38,256 bases of DNA from NCBI GenBank assembly GCA_000934665.2, contig JYFJ02003734.1, positions 1 through 38,256 on the forward strand, in the 5' to 3' direction. The translations under genes were made by a program, and so were the position numbers. Of the stretch, positions 34,561-38,256 are shown piece by piece. The stretch's first letter is position 1, and each line of letters starts with the position of its first letter. Under the pieces are notes generated by a model. It was not told where the DNA came from. It made no database searches and saw only the letters and a program-made list of their open reading frames with translations. This stretch comes from Catajapyx aquilonaris (Eukaryota).

Positions 34561-35038
34561 TATGAATCAGTCACATTTTTCCACACATTGTTGGCCCAAA
34601 TAATGGCGCTGAAAATTCTTTGAGTACTATGTAAAACATAGGGTGCTGCGTGTTTCTTTAAAAATTTCCGTAAGTTGATAAAGTATAAATGTTGGCCAAC
34701 TAGCGGAGGAAATGCACACGTCTTGTTCGCGCCTAAACACAAATTAGTTGAATAATTTCTAGTTAAATAATGTAGCATGGTTGGCAGGCTAAATCAAGCT
34801 GAATGTTACCATTATAAAGTTACAATAGCTGCTCAATATTTCTATCGAAAGTTTCAAACAAAAATTTTAAACCGACTCATATATGATCAGGCTAAAAATG
34901 ACACAGACGAGACGAGTAGCTTGAACTAAGGCTACTACTAACGGTTTGCTATACCACTCTCTTTACTGGATATCATACAGAGAATTGTATACAGAATTTT
35001 ATACAGAATATTTATATTATACATATATCAGCATAATA

Positions 35039-35974
35039 TGGGTGATTCTCCAAAAACTTACCAATTCCATGTCCCGGCATAATAACTCGAAAATGGCTTG
35101 ACAGAGAGAGTTGATTTTTTAAACATTTGGAGAAGCAGTTGACACCTAGCCATCCCCATGAAAACAAAGAAAAATCTTAAATTAAGTTTTACTGCAAAAA
35201 AAATGTCAAAAGGCCTAAAATCACTATTCTTGGCAAGTCCCGATCTGATTTTAAAGCATGCTATATTTTCTTACAATTTAATTATTAACATTAGACAAGT
35301 TTCAATACTATAATTAAATTGTACATAGTTGCAGGTATAAAACAACATTTTTAATACGATTTATTCATTTGACATGACCTTATGACCTTGCTGCATCACT
35401 CCAAAGTGTGTCCCGAGTTTTCCCGGAAATAAAAAGTTCACACTCCTGCCTCATTTTTCTATGTCACATAATAGCTTAAATATTTTGAAATCAACTGTGA
35501 TTCCATGGCATGAAGGGTCTTCTTGAACCCACAGAAATTTCCAGAGTCAACGTTTGTTCTGGACCGTGATATTAATCCTAATCGATCCTAATGCATCCAA
35601 AGGTCAATTCTTCTGGCTCCCAAACTCCTGGAAATAAAAGGTTCACACTCCTGGCTCATTTTTCTATGTCACATAATAGCTTAAATGTTTTGAAATAACT
35701 GTGATTCCATGGAATGAAGGGTCTTCATGAACCCACCGAAATCTCCATAGACAACGTTTGTTCTGGACCGTGATATTAATCCTATTGCATGCATAGGTCA
35801 TTCTTCTGGCTCCTGAACTCCTGGAAATATTCACTCTCCTGATTAGTTCTCCATATTTTTCCCTGATTTGTGACCTCATATAGAGTAAGTGAGAATTTGT
35901 CCAGATTTTTAAAACAAGTTTTGAAATTCATTAATTCTTGCTTTGAAAATGGTAAGTTTTTGGAGAATCACCCG
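35039..35974. mobile_element. TA-flanked non-autonomous TIR element with an internal tandem duplication
   Basis: TIR (C/T)GGGTGATTCTCCAAAAACTTACCA; direct repeat of about 205 bp at ~35425-35629 and ~35630-35828. Confidence 0.8.
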
Positions 35975-37594
35975 TATATCCAGATTCTTAATTACATGCT
36001 TTTTTTGTTTTTTTTTGCTGTCCTTTTCAGCTTGCTTTCCATTCCTTTCTTCCAGAGCAACGCCGGGTATCGCAGCTAGTAGATCATAATTATATAGGCT
36101 GTATTTGCCTTTCTTCCTCATGGCCTTAGTTGCCTCGAGTTGCTCTATACACCAGGAAAATCCTTCTGTATGAATGTGATAGGTTTGAGGGGGTGTTCTG
36201 GACAAGTTTCACACCCGATCCTCCACATGTGAACACAATGTTTCCCACCTACCTTCTCTCTCAGCAAGAATATGCAGAGAAGCCACAATCAGTCTTGGAA
36301 ACTGTTCCTACATGCTTAATCAGATTTCAACCCGGTCATATCCACCTTGGTCTCAGTCAGACCTATTCAATCCAGGTAAACACACAATATACAGAAACAA
36401 AACACGGACAAATCATGGGTGTATTGTAATTTTGGGACAATATTTATTTACGTCATCTTATGTTTGAATGGCCAGTTAAATTCCATGCAATTATTTTGTT
36501 TCAATCACATTACACCCTCATTATATCCAATAAATTAACATGGGATCATTTATGATCTAGCGAATATTTCATGCATTGAATGGTGGTGTAGAACCATAAG
36601 TTCTGGTTGTGTACTGAGACGGGGTAATTAAAAAGAAAATGAATACAAGGATTACTTGAGTATAGCAGCTTTTTTTTTCAAGAAAATATTTACTGCAAGG
36701 AGTAGCATCAATAGTTAAAATTATTGCAGCAAAAGCAGAATGAGGTATAGTAGGCCTAGGTCTATATCTGGAAAAATTAATGAAAAGCTGGCGTACAAAA
36801 TACTTGAACGTACTTCTGCCTTTCTTACATCAGTGGGCCACTTGGATGAATATGTCAATGGTAGTATTCGAAAATTGCAACAGTTGTGAAAAAATTCAGA
36901 CATGCCAATACTTTGATTCAATTTTATTGCCATAAGTCTTTTGAGCTGGTGAATTACACTGTTGTTTATGTCATATTCCTCCTTGAAGAAATTGACAAGT
37001 CCATTGTACTGTAGCTGCAGAAAATGGCATAGGCAGCCCCTTCCAGGCAATGCTCATTCCTGCAGGTCTATGATAATCAGTCAATGCATGGATTGTCAGC
37101 TGAACTGCTGGTTTTTCTAGGCAGCAGTGTCATCCACAATGCTGAAAGGGAAATTGTGATGGTGACATGTAGCAGCAAAGCTATCGCTGCACATTTACTT
37201 CTGCTAATAAGGCAAGGGTGATTACAAGATAACACTGATCAACATGTTCTCTGATGCAATCTGCCACTGTGTCATTGACACTGTACAGAGCTAAACAGTT
37301 CAGCTTTCTTTAGGCATGCCTTGATAAGATTTCATCTTCTGAATACATGCTATTGAGCCATAGCACAGTGAAGCAGACTTCTTTGGCATGAAGGGTAGCA
37401 GTTGGTCCCTCGACATTTCAACCCCCTACATTTTCGCCTTGTTTTGGGCCAAGGAATATGCTGATGGCCATTGGCCATACAAGTAAGAAACACCCTGTAT
37501 ACAGGCTGGTCCAATCAGAATTCACGTTTTTGCCAGCAATGGCTGGTCAATCAAGCAAGCACCTGCCTTTCATGAACCACTCCCAAGGGGTTAA

Positions 37595-37684
37595 CCACTT
37601 TGGTACTCCAGTGTACACCTGCAGTGGTACTCCCAGGTACTCCTTGAATTTTGGTACTCCGGTGTACACTCTACAGTCAAGTGG
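37595..37684. mobile_element. Tiny TTAA-flanked element (piggyBac-like), possibly inserted into another TTAA element remnant
   Basis: CAAGGGG-TTAA|CCACTT...AAGTGG|TTAA-CCCCTTG; internal ggtactcc repeats. Confidence 0.55.
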
Positions 37685-37818
37685 TTAACCCCTTGACCAC
37701 TCCTTTAGTTGTAAACCTTGAACGCATAAAGAGCAACATGCATGACCAAACTGTTCACTGTGCAAATCAAGGAGGTCCTATAAACTAAGTGTACAAAATC
37801 TACAAAATCTGTAAAAAC

Positions 37819-38040
37819 CAGGGTTGTGAACTGAACCGAACCTTGCTCCCCCAAACCCGATAACAGCAGAGCCACTCCAGAGTAGTAGAGCAGGGTTCAG
37901 AGCGAGCGTCTGAGCTTGGTTCGGGTTCGAGCCGGTTCAGGGGAAGGGTGGAGCCAGGGTCGGAGCTGGTTCGGTGTTTGGTTCAGGCCAACGCCTCCGG
38001 AGTTGAACCGGGTTCAGAGGGAGGTTCAGAGCGGTTCGAT
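37819..38040. mobile_element. hAT-like element end with GAACC/GGTTC subterminal repeats
   Basis: Starts CAGGGTTGTGAACTGAACCGAACC, followed by many GGTTC(A/G)G motifs; partner TIR not seen. Confidence 0.45.
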
Positions 38041-38256
38041 TTGTTCTTGACCTTGGAGCAGTCAAAAAACCAAAATCCTCAAACAGTAGCTATAGCGATT
38101 TTTCCCAATCAAGTGGGCCTAAATGTTTCTAGACCATCTCAGGTTTTGCTGAAAAAAATCACAGATGTATCATCAGTCCAAAAAGACTGTTGATACACAC
38201 CTATGTCATAACAATGCATGTCAAGTTTCGGCCCAACTGCGAAATACAGTGGGGGG

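Noticed and set aside
36085..37400. Coding-like minus-strand stretches (possible LINE C-terminus and hAT transposase relics)
   Set aside because: Many stops and no diagnostic motif recoverable by eye; needs BLASTx.

Overview
Eukaryotic genomic DNA, most likely from an arthropod or other invertebrate. It has GT-AG introns, tRNA-derived SINEs, mariner/Tc1 relics and many MITEs, and no prokaryotic operons, CRISPR or rRNA. Host genes: (1) the first three coding exons of UBE2Z/USE1 on the minus strand (9721 to 3947, continuing off the left edge); (2) an intronless CREBZF/Zhangfei-like bZIP gene on the plus strand (15719-16738) with uORFs and an ATG-TGA start-stop directly before its start codon; (3) a decayed TRAIP/nopo-like RING plus coiled-coil pseudogene on the minus strand (about 25.2-31.0 kb, putative promoter near 34.4 kb), with an inverted duplicate of one exon. 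Most of the rest is transposon-derived: more than 20 TIR elements/MITEs, a solo LTR, two SINEs, LINE 3' ends, and two palindromic mariner derivatives (one made of two 5' ends, one of two 3' ends). The best leads are a frameshifted intronless reading frame at about 12.9-14.0 kb that may be an endogenous viral element, ATF4-like control features on CREBZF, the palindromic mariners, inverted MITEs bracketing UBE2Z exon 3, and TGA at the first Cys of two RING CxxC pairs. All family assignments come from motif recognition by eye; no database search was run.
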